NCBI GenBank assembly: GCA_963796125.1
Contig: CAWCKM010000022.1
Span: forward strand, 7,269-71,268
DNA from: Nitrospirota bacterium
GTDB taxonomy: Bacteria > Nitrospirota > Thermodesulfovibrionia > Thermodesulfovibrionales > SM23-35
Direction of reading: 5' to 3'
DNA length: 64,000 nucleotides
In this document: positions 11,059-20,943 of the stretch, piece after piece
Position numbering within the stretch: position 1 is the first letter of the stretch
How the letters are laid out: every line of letters starts with the position of its first letter
Made by a program: the position numbers and the translations under genes
Notes under the pieces: model-generated
The model's database searches: none
Seen by the model: only the letters and a program-made list of their open reading frames with translations
What the model was told of the DNA's origin: nothing

Positions 11059-11919
11059 GACCTAAACAACTTAAGACAAAAATATTTTTAGATGGAGGGG
11101 ATTCTCAGGAGACAAAAACAATTATCAATCTCCTGGGGTTTCTTGATGGGCAGACAACAAATCCAACCCTTATCTCAAAAAATCCAGAAGCCAGCCGGCG
11201 CCTCGAGCGAGGAGAGAAATTTAGCGAAGAAGAGATTTTTCATTTTTATCACAACGTGGTAAACGAGATCTCTGTCTTGATCCCTGAAGGATCGATCTCG
11301 ATTGAAGTATATGCAGATCTTTCTACGTCCGCAGAAAAAATGCTGCAGCAAGGGAAAGAGATGTTTTCCTGGATACCGAATGCTCAGATTAAATTTCCAA
11401 CATCAAAAGAAGGATTGAAAGCAGCAGAGCAGGCAGTCAAAGAAGGTATGCGGATCAATATGACCCTCTGTTTCTCACAAGAACAGGCTGCTGCTGTATA
11501 TGCAGCAACGCAAGGCGCAAAGAAGGGCGGTGTCTATGTTTCACCTTTTATTGGGAGACTTGATGACAAAGGAGAAAATGGGATGGATCTGATAGCACAT
11601 ATTATCAAGATGTATCGGGAAGGAGATGGACATGTAGAGGTCTTGACTGCAAGTGTGAGAAACATTGACCATCTCCTTTATGCCCTCAGGCTCGGCTTCG
11701 GATATCATTACCGCACCCTTCAAGGTGCTGAAGGAGTGGGGTGAAAAAGGGCTTCCCGTCCCGGGAAATGACTACGTCTATAATTCGAAGGACTTAAGAC
11801 CAATCTTGTTGAAGGATGTGAGCCTTACGAAGAATTGGCATGAATATGATATTCATCACGAACTTACAGACAAAGGTATGGAGCAGTTCTCTGCAGATTG
11901 GAATAAACTGGTTCAATGA
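11055..11919 (+). CDS. tal: Transaldolase; apparent frameshift near 11695
   Basis: FLDGGD...GQTTNPTLI, IKFPTS and VSPFIGRLDD (Schiff-base lysine region) are present. The C-terminus DIITAPFKVLKEW lies in ORF 11665-11919. The start overlaps the tkt stop. Confidence 0.85.
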
Positions 11920-11920
11920 A

Positions 11921-13469
11921 ATGGAAAATATCGGCGGAAAGTCTGACATAGAATTACTGTATCGTGAAATAGGTGGATGTGAGATTGAAATTTCAGGCCC
12001 CTGTTGTCTCGTTGTCTTCGGCGCATATGGAGACCTTGCAAAGGGAAAGCTCATTCCTTCACTTTACCTTCTCAGTAAGAACAGACTCATTTCGGAAAAC
12101 TTTTTTCTTCTCGGAATTGGCCGCCAGGAGATGAGTCGTGAGCAGTATTTTGAGTTGATGCAGACTGCTGTGAAGAGTGCATACCCGAAAGATTACGATG
12201 ATGCTGCCTGGTCTGAATTTGCGATGAAACTGTATTATTCCTCCTTTGATTTTGACTTCTTCTGAGCTTTATATCAAATTTCTCAAAGAGAAACTTCCAC
12301 CTTTAGAAAAGAAACATCAGACCAGAGGAAACCGTATATTTTATCTGGCCACTCCTCCATCGGTTTTCGAACCTATCATCTTAAACCTCGGTATGGCAGG
12401 TCTTTCTGATGAAGATGAAAGTTACAGTCATGTTGTCATTGAAAAGCCTTTCGGCAGAGATTTCGATTCGGCAAAGAGATTGAACAGTGTCCTCCAGAAA
12501 TATTTTAAAGAGAGACAGATTTTCCGCATAGATCACTATCTCGGTATGGAAACAGTTCAAAATATGCTCATGTTCCGTTTTGCAAACTCAATCTTTGAGC
12601 CACTCTGGAACAGGAGATATGTCGATCATATTCAGATAACAGCTTCAGAAACACTGGGAGTCGGGTATAGGGCAGGCTATTACGAAGAAGCAGGTGTGAT
12701 AAAAGACATGTTCCAGAGCCATATTCTTCAGCTTCTTGCACTGATAGCCATGGAACCTCCTGTAGCATTCGAGGCGGATAGGGTAAGAGAGGAAAAGATC
12801 AAAATCTTTCGTTCTATACGACCATTTGCACTTGACAGGCTTAATGAGCACATTGTTATTGGTCAATATGGGAAGGGTGAAATCAATGGGAAAGAGGTAT
12901 CAGGTTACAGAGAAGAGACAGGAGTTTCCAGTGGATCCATTGTACCGACATTCGCTGCCATGAAGGTCTTCGTTGACAATTGGAGATGGAACGACGTCCC
13001 TTTCTATATCCGTTCGGGTAAGAGACTATCAAACAAGAAGACTGAGATATCGATACACTTCAAATCAGTCCCCCATCTGATGTTCTCAAGAGTTATGAAG
13101 GAATCCATAGACCCCAACATTCTTGTATTCAGGTTGCAACCTGATGAGGGTATTAGTCTCACCTTTCAAACAAAAAGAAAGGGGTCAAGGCTCTGTCTGG
13201 AGCCGGTCTTCATGGACTTTATATACCAGAAGGGTGTCCTCATGAGCGCTTATGGGTGGGTCCTCCTTGACTGCATGCGGGGGGATCAAATGTTATTTTT
13301 AAGACAGGAAGGGGTGGAACTGACATGGTCATTACTGACCCCTATTATAGAAAGGCTTGAATCCTCTACAAAAGCTGAAATATTCCCGAACTATGAAGCT
13401 GGTTCATCAGGACCGGAGGAGGCGAAAAGCTTGATCGAAAGAGACGGCCGTTCATGGAGACCCTTATAA
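11921..13469 (+). CDS. zwf: Glucose-6-phosphate 1-dehydrogenase; apparent frameshift near 12255
   Basis: VVFGAYGDLAKGKLIPSLY dinucleotide motif (ATG at 11921), then EKPFGRD and RIDHYLGME in ORF 12246-13469. Confidence 0.9.
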
Positions 13470-13500
13470 TTTCGTTCTTCAGGTAATTGTACGGATAAAG

Positions 13501-13673
13501 CCTCCCTTTGGAAAAGGGGGGTGAGGGGGGATTTAAAAATAACAATGCTCCGTTACAACAAGAATCTTAAAAGATATTTCAAATCACTCGGAGTAAATAT
13601 GAATGATGAAAGGGTATGGGATATATGTAATTCTTAAAATCTCCCCTTTCCCCTCTTTTCCAAAGAGGGGTTT
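13501..13673. repeat. Inverted pair of G-rich repeats enclosing a decayed DUF559-like N-terminal remnant
   Basis: Left arm 13501-13535 is cctccctttggaaaaggggggtgaggggggattta. Right arm 13636-13673 is aaaatctcccctttcccctcttttccaaagaggggtttt. The interior reads MLRYNKNLKRYFKSLGVNMNDE, resembling the start of DUF559 endonuclease-like genes. Confidence 0.55.
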
Positions 13674-13719
13674 TAGAGTATCAAGAGAAAAGCCTAAAGA
13701 ACCATAGTTTTATCTTTAT

Positions 13720-14448
13720 ATGCAGATCATAGTACTACCAACCTTAGAAGATCTCAGCCGTAAGGCTGCAGAAATCTTTGTTGACATATCAAGAGCATGT
13801 ATTATCTCAAAAGGAAGGTTTACCGTTGCAGTCTCGGGTGGTTCCACACCGAGAAGGTTATATGCCCTCCTCAGCTCGGATTCTTATAGAGAAAAAATTG
13901 ACTGGAGTCATGTCTATTTTTTCTGGGTAGATGAACGGTGCGTGCCGAAGGAGCATGAAGACAGCAATTACGGGCTTGTTTTCGAAACACTTTTATCAAA
14001 AATTCCAATACCGGATGACAATATACACAGAATTAGATGTGAGAAAGGATCTGAAAAAGCTGCGAAAGCATACGAAGAAGATTTGAGAACTTTCTTCGGG
14101 AAAAATATCTTGCCAGTTTTTGATCTTATTCTTCTTGGAATTGGAAAAGACGGACATACTGCTTCACTCTTTCCTGATTCAGAAGCACTCAAAGAGACTG
14201 ACAGGCTTGTTGTTCCAGTTTTTATTGAGAAGCAACAAAAACATAGAATAACGCTGACACTTCCTGTTCTGAACAATGGTTCTCATGTAATTATATTAGC
14301 ATCAGGTTCGGCAAAAGCAGATATCATCCAGGAGATTTTAGGCAGGAAGGATAGGGCGATGCAGTATCCTGCCGGCCTTGTTCAGCCTATCCGGGGCAAT
14401 ATACTGTGGTTAGTTGACGAAGAAGCTGCGAAAAAATTAAAGAGATAA
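13720..14448 (+). CDS. pgl: 6-phosphogluconolactonase
   Basis: SGGSTP, WVDER and LLGIGKDGHTASLFP motifs. The 242-aa ORF is intact. Confidence 0.9.
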   Translation: MQIIVLPTLEDLSRKAAEIFVDISRACIISKGRFTVAVSGGSTPRRLYALLSSDSYREKIDWSHVYFFWVDERCVPKEHEDSNYGLVFETLLSKIPIPDDNIHRIRCEKGSEKAAKAYEEDLRTFFGKNILPVFDLILLGIGKDGHTASLFPDSEALKETDRLVVPVFIEKQQKHRITLTLPVLNNGSHVIILASGSAKADIIQEILGRKDRAMQYPAGLVQPIRGNILWLVDEEAAKKLKR

Positions 14449-14474
14449 GCTACAGAGCGGCAAACATTTTTTCT

Positions 14475-14517
14475 GTAAGATAAATACTTACAAAAAAATC
14501 AGACTTCTCCTGATACC
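14475..14517 (+). promoter_or_regulatory. Promoter-like motif copy upstream of GH15 gene
   Basis: Sequence gtaagataaatacttacaaaaaaatcagacttctcctgatacc, about 170 bp upstream of 14690. Confidence 0.4.
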
Positions 14518-14689
14518 TTTTATTTGTCTTTTCCCGTAGAATCTTATGTGAAAAGGAGGTGAAGGGGAGAAGCGAAGAGATTATGTCTTTTCCTATCCCT
14601 TTATAAAGAGAACTGTTATGCCTATATTCTTATTGAAGTCTTTTTTATCATCGCTTTCTTAAATACTCTTTGAAGGAAGGAATTATACG

Positions 14690-16715
14690 ATGCCACGCGA
14701 TATTCCTGTTGGGAATGGTTGTCTTCTGATCACCTTTGATCAGGACTATTGCCTGAGAGATATTTACTATCCGTATGTCGGCAAGGAGAACCATACTGAC
14801 GGACACAGATTCAGGTTTGGTGTCTGGGCTGATGGAAGATTTGATTGGGTGAAAAGAGAGAGTTGGGATCTCAATCTTGAGTATGTCCATGAAAGTCTTC
14901 TGACAAACGTCACAGGAAGAAACGAAACCCTTGGGATGTGGTTTTCATTGTAATGACGTTGTTGATTACAGTGAAAATATTTATATAAAGAGGATAATCC
15001 TGAAGAACCCTCTTGACAGGGAAAGGGAAATCCGCCTGTTTTTCCACCATGACTTCCATATCCTTGCGTCTCAGATAGGGGATACTGCCTATTTTGATCC
15101 TGATGAAAAGGCGATAATACACTACAAGGGCAATCGTTATTTCCTGATGAGTGGCATGAAGAACGGTATTCGCGGGATCGATCAATATTCAACAGGCATA
15201 AAAGAATTTCGTCTTCTTGAAGGAACATGGAGAGATGCAGAAGATGGAATACTCGAAGGCAATACAATATCACAGGGTTCTGTAGATTCTACTCTCTCCT
15301 TCAATATTCACATACCTCCCCAGGGAGAAAAAACACTCTATTACTGGATAACAGCCGGACACGATTATGCAGAAGTAAGTCGTTTGCACAAATTAATCCT
15401 CGGACATGGACCGGAATATTTCATGACAAGGACAGAGAATTACTGGAGGGCATGGATAAATAAAGAGCAGTTTAATCTTACGAACTTGCCCGAGGAGGTC
15501 TTAAGGCTCTATAAAAAAAGTCTCCTTATCCTGACGACGAATATTGATATACATGGAGCTATTATTGCAGCAAACGATTCTGACATTCAGCACTTTGCAA
15601 GGGACACCTATAGTTATATGTGGCCTCGTGATGGGGCCTTTGCAGCCTATGCACTCGATATGGCCGGCTATCACGGCTTGACAAGACAATTTTTTGATTT
15701 TTGTCTTGACATAATCAGTAAAGGTAAAGAATCAGTAGGATATTTCCTCCATAAATATAATCCTGACGGTTCCCTCGGAAGTTCCTGGCATCCATGGATA
15801 AGTGGCAATGAGAAAAAATTGCCGATACAGGAAGATGGCACAGGTCTTATCCTCTGGTCTCTCTGGCATCATTTTGACAAGTTCAGGGACATAGAATTTA
15901 CCATCAGGCAGTATGAGAACATGGTCATTCGCTGCGGAGATTTCCTCGCATCTTACAGGGACAGTGCCACAGGGCTTCCTCTTCCATCCTATGACCTGTG
16001 GGAAGAAAAATGGGGAATCCATACATTTACAGTCTCAGCCGTCTATGGCGGCCTTAAGGCAGCAGAGAAATTCAGCACATTTTTTGGAGATACAAGAAGG
16101 ACAAAGATTTACAAGAAGGCATCAGAAGAGGTAAGGAACGCAATGGACAGATATCTTTACAGCAGGGATCTTAAAAGGTTTTTGAAATCAATAATCCCGC
16201 GGGATAACAGCTCCTTTGATACAGACCTTACCATTGATGCCAGTATCTATGCACCATTCTATTTTGGCGTTTTCGATCCAAAAGATGAGAGGGTCGTTAA
16301 TACAATGATTTCTATAAAAGAACGTCTATCTGTACAGACTGACGTTGGAGGCATTGCGAGATACGAAGGAGATGGTTACCATAAAGTCACAGATAACGTA
16401 CATGGAGTTCCAGGCAATCCCTGGTTTATTTGTACCCTCTGGCTTGCACAGTGGTATATCGCAAAGGCCGAACACCTTGAGGAGTTACAGGAAGCAATTC
16501 CTATCCTTGAATGGGTGAGTTCAAGGGCATTGCCATCGGGAGTGCTTGCAGAACAGGTCAACCCGTACACTAATCAACCCCTGTCGGTATCTCCCCTTAC
16601 CTGGAGTCATGCTGCCTTTGTGGCGACTACCCTTGAATATCTGAAAAAGATGGAGAAGATTTATATCTGCCCAAGTTGCGGGCATCCGCTCTACAAATAT
16701 GAAAGGGGGAAATAG
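14690..16715 (+). CDS. Glycoside hydrolase family 15 (glucoamylase-like); apparent frameshift near 14935
   Basis: N-terminal MPRDIPVGNGCLLITFDQDYCLRDIYYPYVG, then ORF 14931-16715 with YMWPRDGAF, LPIQEDGTG and GNPWFICTLWLAQ, which are (alpha/alpha)6 GH15 blocks. Confidence 0.85.
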
Positions 16716-16767
16716 ATAATCCGTAATGGCGTGGAATAAGAATAAAGAGTAAAAAGGAGGTGATGGA

Positions 16768-16989
16768 GTGTCGAAAGTAGATGATACCTATGAGAATGAA
16801 ATAATATGTATTAAATTCTGCGGTGTTTGCCCGACGTATCCAGGCGTTAAGGGAGAGTTACTTTTCTGTGCAAGGGGAAAGAGCAATTCACCAAAGCAAA
16901 AAGCAGGTTGCAATTGCGGTCTCTGTGATGTCTGGAATAAGTATGAACTTACTGATTTTTACTATTGCATTGAAGGAGCAGCAACGTAA
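16768..16989 (+). CDS. DUF2769-like cysteine-rich small protein
   Basis: Pattern C..CP.YP....ELLFCARGKS......GC.C..C.V......YYC matches my recollection of DUF2769. Confidence 0.55.
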   Translation: MSKVDDTYENEIICIKFCGVCPTYPGVKGELLFCARGKSNSPKQKAGCNCGLCDVWNKYELTDFYYCIEGAAT

Positions 16990-17011
16990 AAAGAATTATA
17001 GGAGGTGTAAG

Positions 17012-17305
17012 ATGATGTCACAAATCCCCATAAGACTCGAAGGGATGAAAAAAGAAGATATTGACAGAGAGATACTGAGAGCGGGAATCATTGCCGAACT
17101 GGATGCCGTCAACCTGTATGAACAGATGGCAGCCATGACACAAAGGAAAGATATCAAGGCAATTCTCATGGATATCGCAAAGGAAGAAAAAACACATGTT
17201 GGTGAGTTCCAGACCCTGTTATTGAGATTAGACAAGGAGCAGGAGAGGGAATTGGAAGAGGGCAGAAAAGAAGTTGAGGAGATAACAAAAACAAAATCCA
17301 AATGA
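17012..17305 (+). CDS. Small ferritin-like/rubrerythrin-family protein (EncFtn-like)
   Basis: AELDAVNLYEQMAA...AKEEKTHVGEF resembles EncFtn di-iron ligand helices. GGAGGTG RBS lies at 17001-17007 with ATG at 17012. No C-terminal encapsulin targeting peptide and no shell gene are seen. Confidence 0.5.
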   Translation: MMSQIPIRLEGMKKEDIDREILRAGIIAELDAVNLYEQMAAMTQRKDIKAILMDIAKEEKTHVGEFQTLLLRLDKEQERELEEGRKEVEEITKTKSK

Positions 17306-17339
17306 ATTTTGTAGGATTAACACCGACATATAAATAAGC

Positions 17340-17376
17340 TTAATTCCTACAGAAAAAAAAGAATTATGCTGATATC
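17340..17376 (+). promoter_or_regulatory. Promoter-like motif copy (degenerate spacer) upstream of small ORF
   Basis: Sequence ttaattcctacagaaaaaaaagaattatgctgatatc, with the same CTACA-N18-GATATC geometry. An inverted ttttgtagg lies at 17307-17315. Confidence 0.35.
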
Positions 17377-17429
17377 ATTTTATAGTATTTCCTTCTTATA
17401 TTATGAATAAAGGAAGGAGGTGAATGAGC

Positions 17430-17534
17430 ATGAAAAAGCCTTTGAGCAAAAGGGCATTTCAACTTGAGGCTTCCTTGTGGAATAACCTTAAAAAAGCCTT
17501 AAAGGATAATCCGGCCAAGGTATGCCAAAAGTGA
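17430..17534 (+). CDS. Putative 34-aa basic small protein (MKKPLSKRAFQLEASLWNNLKKALKDNPAKVCQK)
   Basis: GGAGG at 17416-17420 sits 9 nt before the ATG. A promoter-like motif lies upstream and a hairpin plus T-run lies downstream. It is below the ORF-track length cutoff. Confidence 0.35.
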   Translation: MKKPLSKRAFQLEASLWNNLKKALKDNPAKVCQK

Positions 17535-17590
17535 AAGGCCTGAAAGAGCTAAGGTTGCTGGTCAAGCAACATAAGAGTGAAAGCAGGTAT

Positions 17591-17648
17591 GGCAGATGAT
17601 CAACGGAAACAATGTGTAAATGACGTTTGCCATATCTGCTTCTTTTTT
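17591..17648 (+). terminator. Putative intrinsic terminator after small ORF
   Basis: Imperfect stem ggcagat...atctgc followed by ttctttttt. Confidence 0.4.
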
Positions 17649-17747
17649 GATTCTTCAGAAAATTGTGTGGACAAAATCCTCATCTGCCATGGATTATATG
17701 TTATTAATCTTCAAAGATCTTAAAAGTTGTTTAAGTTTTTCTGTTTC

Positions 17748-17815
17748 TGTCATTGCCCAACTTGATTGGGCAATCCAGAAAAAGAACTGGATTATCCGGT
17801 CAAGCCGGATAATGA
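17748..17815. repeat. MITE-like palindromic element (GTCATT...AATGAC family)
   Basis: Sequence gtcattgcccaacttgattgggcaatccag...ctggattatccggtcaagccggataatgac. Each arm has its own 7-bp hairpin. Confidence 0.6.
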
Positions 17816-17890
17816 CAATCATTGGAACAGGGTTCAGGGTTCGCTATGAATAGTCTGATTATTTCACTTGTGAACAAACTGAGGTAATTT

Positions 17891-18934
17891 ATGGCTATAA
17901 CACATTCATTTGATTTCTTTGTCCAGTGGCACCTGACTGAAAGATGTAACCTCCGATGCAAGCACTGCTATCAGACCGGCTCAGGAGGTCAGGAAATATC
18001 TTTATCTGAAGTACATGCTGTGGTCAGTGAGGTAGCGGAAATGTTGGCGGAATGGGAAAATCGATACGGGATTGTATTCTCTCCAAGTTTCAACATTACA
18101 GGCGGGGAACCCTTTTTGCGACACGATATCTTTGAAATTCTCCGTTTAATCACAAGCAGAGGTTTTGATGCCTATCTTCTCTCAAATGGTGTTCTCATTG
18201 ACAGAGAAAGAGCACAAAAGATATCAGACATCGGGGTGAGAGGAGTTCAGGTGAGCATTGAAGGTCCGGAAAAAGTCCATGAGATGATCCGTGGCAGAAG
18301 TAGTTTCTCATCAGCTATGAGAGGAGTTCAGCATCTTCTCGATGCAGGCGTTACAGTTACCCTCAACGTCACCCTGTCTGATATCAATGCTGACCATTTC
18401 ATGGAGACGATTGAGCTATCGTCCTTAGCAGGTGTGCAGCGGCTTGGTTTTTCAAGACTTGTTCCGTCAGGCAGAGGTACAGGCCTCTTCCAGAACATGC
18501 TCAGCAAAGAAAGGTTAAAACAACTATATGAGTCTATCCTTCCTCTGAAGGTAAAGGGGCTTGAGATTGTAACAGGGGATCCGATTGTAGGACAGATGTC
18601 TCCGGATATTACAGAAGACAATGGTTCCGTTCCCACCGGAGGGTGCGCAGCAGGCGTTTCAGGAGTTACTATCTTGCAGGATGGGACAATAACACCCTGC
18701 AGAAGACTGAACATTCCAATAGGGAACGTACGGAGGGACTCTCTCAGAGAGGTATGGGCAACATCAAAAGTCCTGATGAAATTAAGGGACAGACAATCTT
18801 ATACTGGAAAATGCAGGAGATGCCACAGGTGGGCTTCATGCAGAGGGTGCAGGGCGATAGCATATGCCTATTCATGCATGATGAGGAAAGAAAGTTTCCT
18901 TTCCGAGGATCCACAATGCTTTATTGAAGGTTAA
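17891..18934 (+). CDS. Radical SAM/SPASM-domain protein (NirJ/AhbD-like)
   Basis: WHLTERCNLRCKHCY is a CxxxCxxC motif, followed by GGEPFL. The C-terminus is Cys-rich SPASM-like: GGCAAG...CRRCHRWASCRGCRAIAY. Confidence 0.85.
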   Translation: MAITHSFDFFVQWHLTERCNLRCKHCYQTGSGGQEISLSEVHAVVSEVAEMLAEWENRYGIVFSPSFNITGGEPFLRHDIFEILRLITSRGFDAYLLSNGVLIDRERAQKISDIGVRGVQVSIEGPEKVHEMIRGRSSFSSAMRGVQHLLDAGVTVTLNVTLSDINADHFMETIELSSLAGVQRLGFSRLVPSGRGTGLFQNMLSKERLKQLYESILPLKVKGLEIVTGDPIVGQMSPDITEDNGSVPTGGCAAGVSGVTILQDGTITPCRRLNIPIGNVRRDSLREVWATSKVLMKLRDRQSYTGKCRRCHRWASCRGCRAIAYAYSCMMRKESFLSEDPQCFIEG

Positions 18935-18936
18935 CT

Positions 18937-19512
18937 ATGCTTGATCTTCTCGCCTTTGTGACAATTATCCTCTGGCCCATCGTTCCTCTGTTCTGGATTC
19001 CTGTGCACGGTCTTTCAAGGATTTTTAAAAAGCTTGGTCTCCTGACCTATGGTATGCCTCTTTTTACTTGGGTCCCTTTAGCATATCTTATATACAGGAA
19101 TAAAGGATTACTGCTTTCCTGGAAAATAGATTTCTCTGTCGGCATACATGCTTTGGGTTTTATTCTCTTAGTCCTTGGGACTGTGCTCCATCTCTGGACC
19201 GGTAAACTCCTGGGCCTATGGGGGTTGATAGGACTACCAGAGGTATCAAGGAGGATAGAAGGAAAACTAATTACAACAGGACCATTTTCTGTGGTCAGAC
19301 ACCCGACCTATCTCGCCCATACCCTGATGTTTTCCGGTATTTTTCTCCTAACAGGAGCAGTAGCTGTGGGCGCTATTACCTTTATTGATCTCATCCTTGT
19401 CTATGCATTAATTATCCCTCTTGAAGAGAAAGAGCTTTCAAAACGTTTCGGTAATGATTATAATCTCTATAAAAAGAAAGTACCGAAATTCTTACCCCGG
19501 TTTCATTTTTAA
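18937..19512 (+). CDS. ICMT/PEMT-family membrane methyltransferase
   Basis: Multi-TM 191-aa ORF with VVRHPTYLAHTLMFSG and EEKELSKRFGNDY..YKKKVP, a typical C-terminal catalytic region. Confidence 0.7.
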   Translation: MLDLLAFVTIILWPIVPLFWIPVHGLSRIFKKLGLLTYGMPLFTWVPLAYLIYRNKGLLLSWKIDFSVGIHALGFILLVLGTVLHLWTGKLLGLWGLIGLPEVSRRIEGKLITTGPFSVVRHPTYLAHTLMFSGIFLLTGAVAVGAITFIDLILVYALIIPLEEKELSKRFGNDYNLYKKKVPKFLPRFHF

Positions 19513-19537
19513 TTATTGAACAGTAGAGAAATAGAAC

Positions 19538-20320
19538 ATGCGACTGAAAGGAAAAGTGGCTATCGTAACAGGTGCGGGAAGAGGACTGGGGAGAGCCTCT
19601 TCTCTTGAGATGGCAAAAGAGGGCGCGTCTCTTGTGATTTTAAGCCGCACACCTTCAGAACTGAGGGAGACTGCAAAGGCCATAAGAACTTCAGGTGCAG
19701 ACGTCATCTCCATAAAGGCTGACGTTGCAAACCCCGGAGACATTGAAAAAGTTGTTGACAAGACTATCAAACACTTTGGAAAAATCGATATACTCATGAA
19801 CAACGCATCAATAATCGGCCCCGTGAGCCCTCTTTTTATGATTGATCATAAAGAATGGGATGAAACTATGGACATAAATCTCAGGGGCCCCTATCTCTTT
19901 GCAAAAGCGGTCATCCCTTACATGATCAAACAGAGCAGGGGAAAAATAATTAATGTTACATCCGGACTCGGAGAGATGGTGATGCCGACTTTTGCGGCTT
20001 ATTCTGTGGCGAAGGCAGGGCTGATCCATCTTACGAAAATAATGGCAGAAGAGCTTGAATACCATAACATTCAGGCAAATGGTCTTGACCCGGGTGTAAT
20101 GGATACAAGGATGCAGGAGGAGATAAGGGATTTAGGTCCTGAGATATTGGGTGAAGAGATTTATCATGAATTTTTATCCATGAAGGAAAACGGTATTCTT
20201 GAGCCACCTGAAAAGGCAGCGCGGTTAGGGGTATTTCTTGCCTCGAAGGAATCAGATTCAATAACAGGGGAAAACGGTACGGGAACATACTATAAGCGAT
20301 TCGGCTATAAAGGGTATTAA
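19538..20320 (+). CDS. SDR-family oxidoreductase
   Basis: TGAGRGLG cofactor motif, NNAS, and YSVAK (YxxxK) catalytic motif. Confidence 0.9.
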   Translation: MRLKGKVAIVTGAGRGLGRASSLEMAKEGASLVILSRTPSELRETAKAIRTSGADVISIKADVANPGDIEKVVDKTIKHFGKIDILMNNASIIGPVSPLFMIDHKEWDETMDINLRGPYLFAKAVIPYMIKQSRGKIINVTSGLGEMVMPTFAAYSVAKAGLIHLTKIMAEELEYHNIQANGLDPGVMDTRMQEEIRDLGPEILGEEIYHEFLSMKENGILEPPEKAARLGVFLASKESDSITGENGTGTYYKRFGYKGY

Positions 20321-20435
20321 GAGAACAAACTGATTCCAAAAATGCTGGATGCTGAAATGAATTCCGTATGGTCGCAGACAGCGCAACAACCTCTTTATAA
20401 TATACTAAGACGGCTATAAGTAAAGCTACATAGAT

Positions 20436-20499
20436 GTCATTCCCGCTTGTCGGGAATCTTTCTGAAAAACCAGAAGGATTGCGGACAAGCCGCAATGAC
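20436..20499. repeat. MITE-like palindromic element
   Basis: Sequence gtcattcccgcttgtcgggaatctttct...agaaggattgcggacaagccgcaatgac. The 28-nt arms are inverted repeats of each other. Confidence 0.65.
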
Positions 20500-20618
20500 A
20501 GAAAGTGATAATGATGTCGCCTTACTAATGAACGAATTAGTAATTTGTCGTTATTTAGATTTTTACGTTGACAGGGGTAATCATTTTTTGATTTATTAAA
20601 ATAAAAAGGTGGAATGGA

Positions 20619-20927
20619 ATGAAGGAAAAGTCTTTTGGCGAAAAACGCAGATATGAACGGAAACCATTTTTTCAGAACATACGATATTATCTCCATGCCC
20701 CTCACCGGGACAAGGACAGAATCTATAGCTATGGTGATTCTACTGACATCAGTGAAGGCGGGCTTGGAATGATAACCTACTTTCCCCTCATGAGAGGAGA
20801 TACGTTGTTTTTTGAGCCTGAGCTTAAGGTAAATGGCATTATGGCAAGATCCTCTGTGGTAAGGTGGGTACAAGAATTTGACGATGATCGAAAATATCGG
20901 GCGGGCATGGAATTTATCAATCATTAA
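20619..20927 (+). CDS. PilZ domain protein
   Basis: RRYERKPF...DISEGGLGMI...GDTLFFEPELKV. Closely related to the PilZ half of 1248-1673. Confidence 0.7.
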   Translation: MKEKSFGEKRRYERKPFFQNIRYYLHAPHRDKDRIYSYGDSTDISEGGLGMITYFPLMRGDTLFFEPELKVNGIMARSSVVRWVQEFDDDRKYRAGMEFINH

Positions 20928-20943
20928 GCAACGAAAAGACAGT

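Noticed and set aside
14767-15273. 168-aa minus-strand ORF. The same reasoning applies to 34951-35454 minus and 29900-30301 minus.
   Set aside because: These run antisense to GH15 and ubiD, or through non-coding DNA. They have no RBS, motifs or family resemblance.
17012-17305. Encapsulin nanocompartment system.
   Set aside because: The EncFtn-like protein has no recognisable C-terminal targeting peptide, and there is no HK97-fold shell gene in the window.
17430-18934. The 34-aa ORF as the RiPP precursor of the rSAM/SPASM enzyme.
   Set aside because: - A 360-bp gap with its own terminator-like hairpin and a MITE element separates them.
- The peptide has a single Cys and no leader/core organisation.
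20031-20924. 297-aa minus-strand ORF spanning the SDR 3-prime end, the intergenic MITE and the PilZ gene.
   Set aside because: It runs antisense to two well-supported genes and through a repeat element. Its composition is low-complexity with no motifs, so it is almost certainly non-coding.
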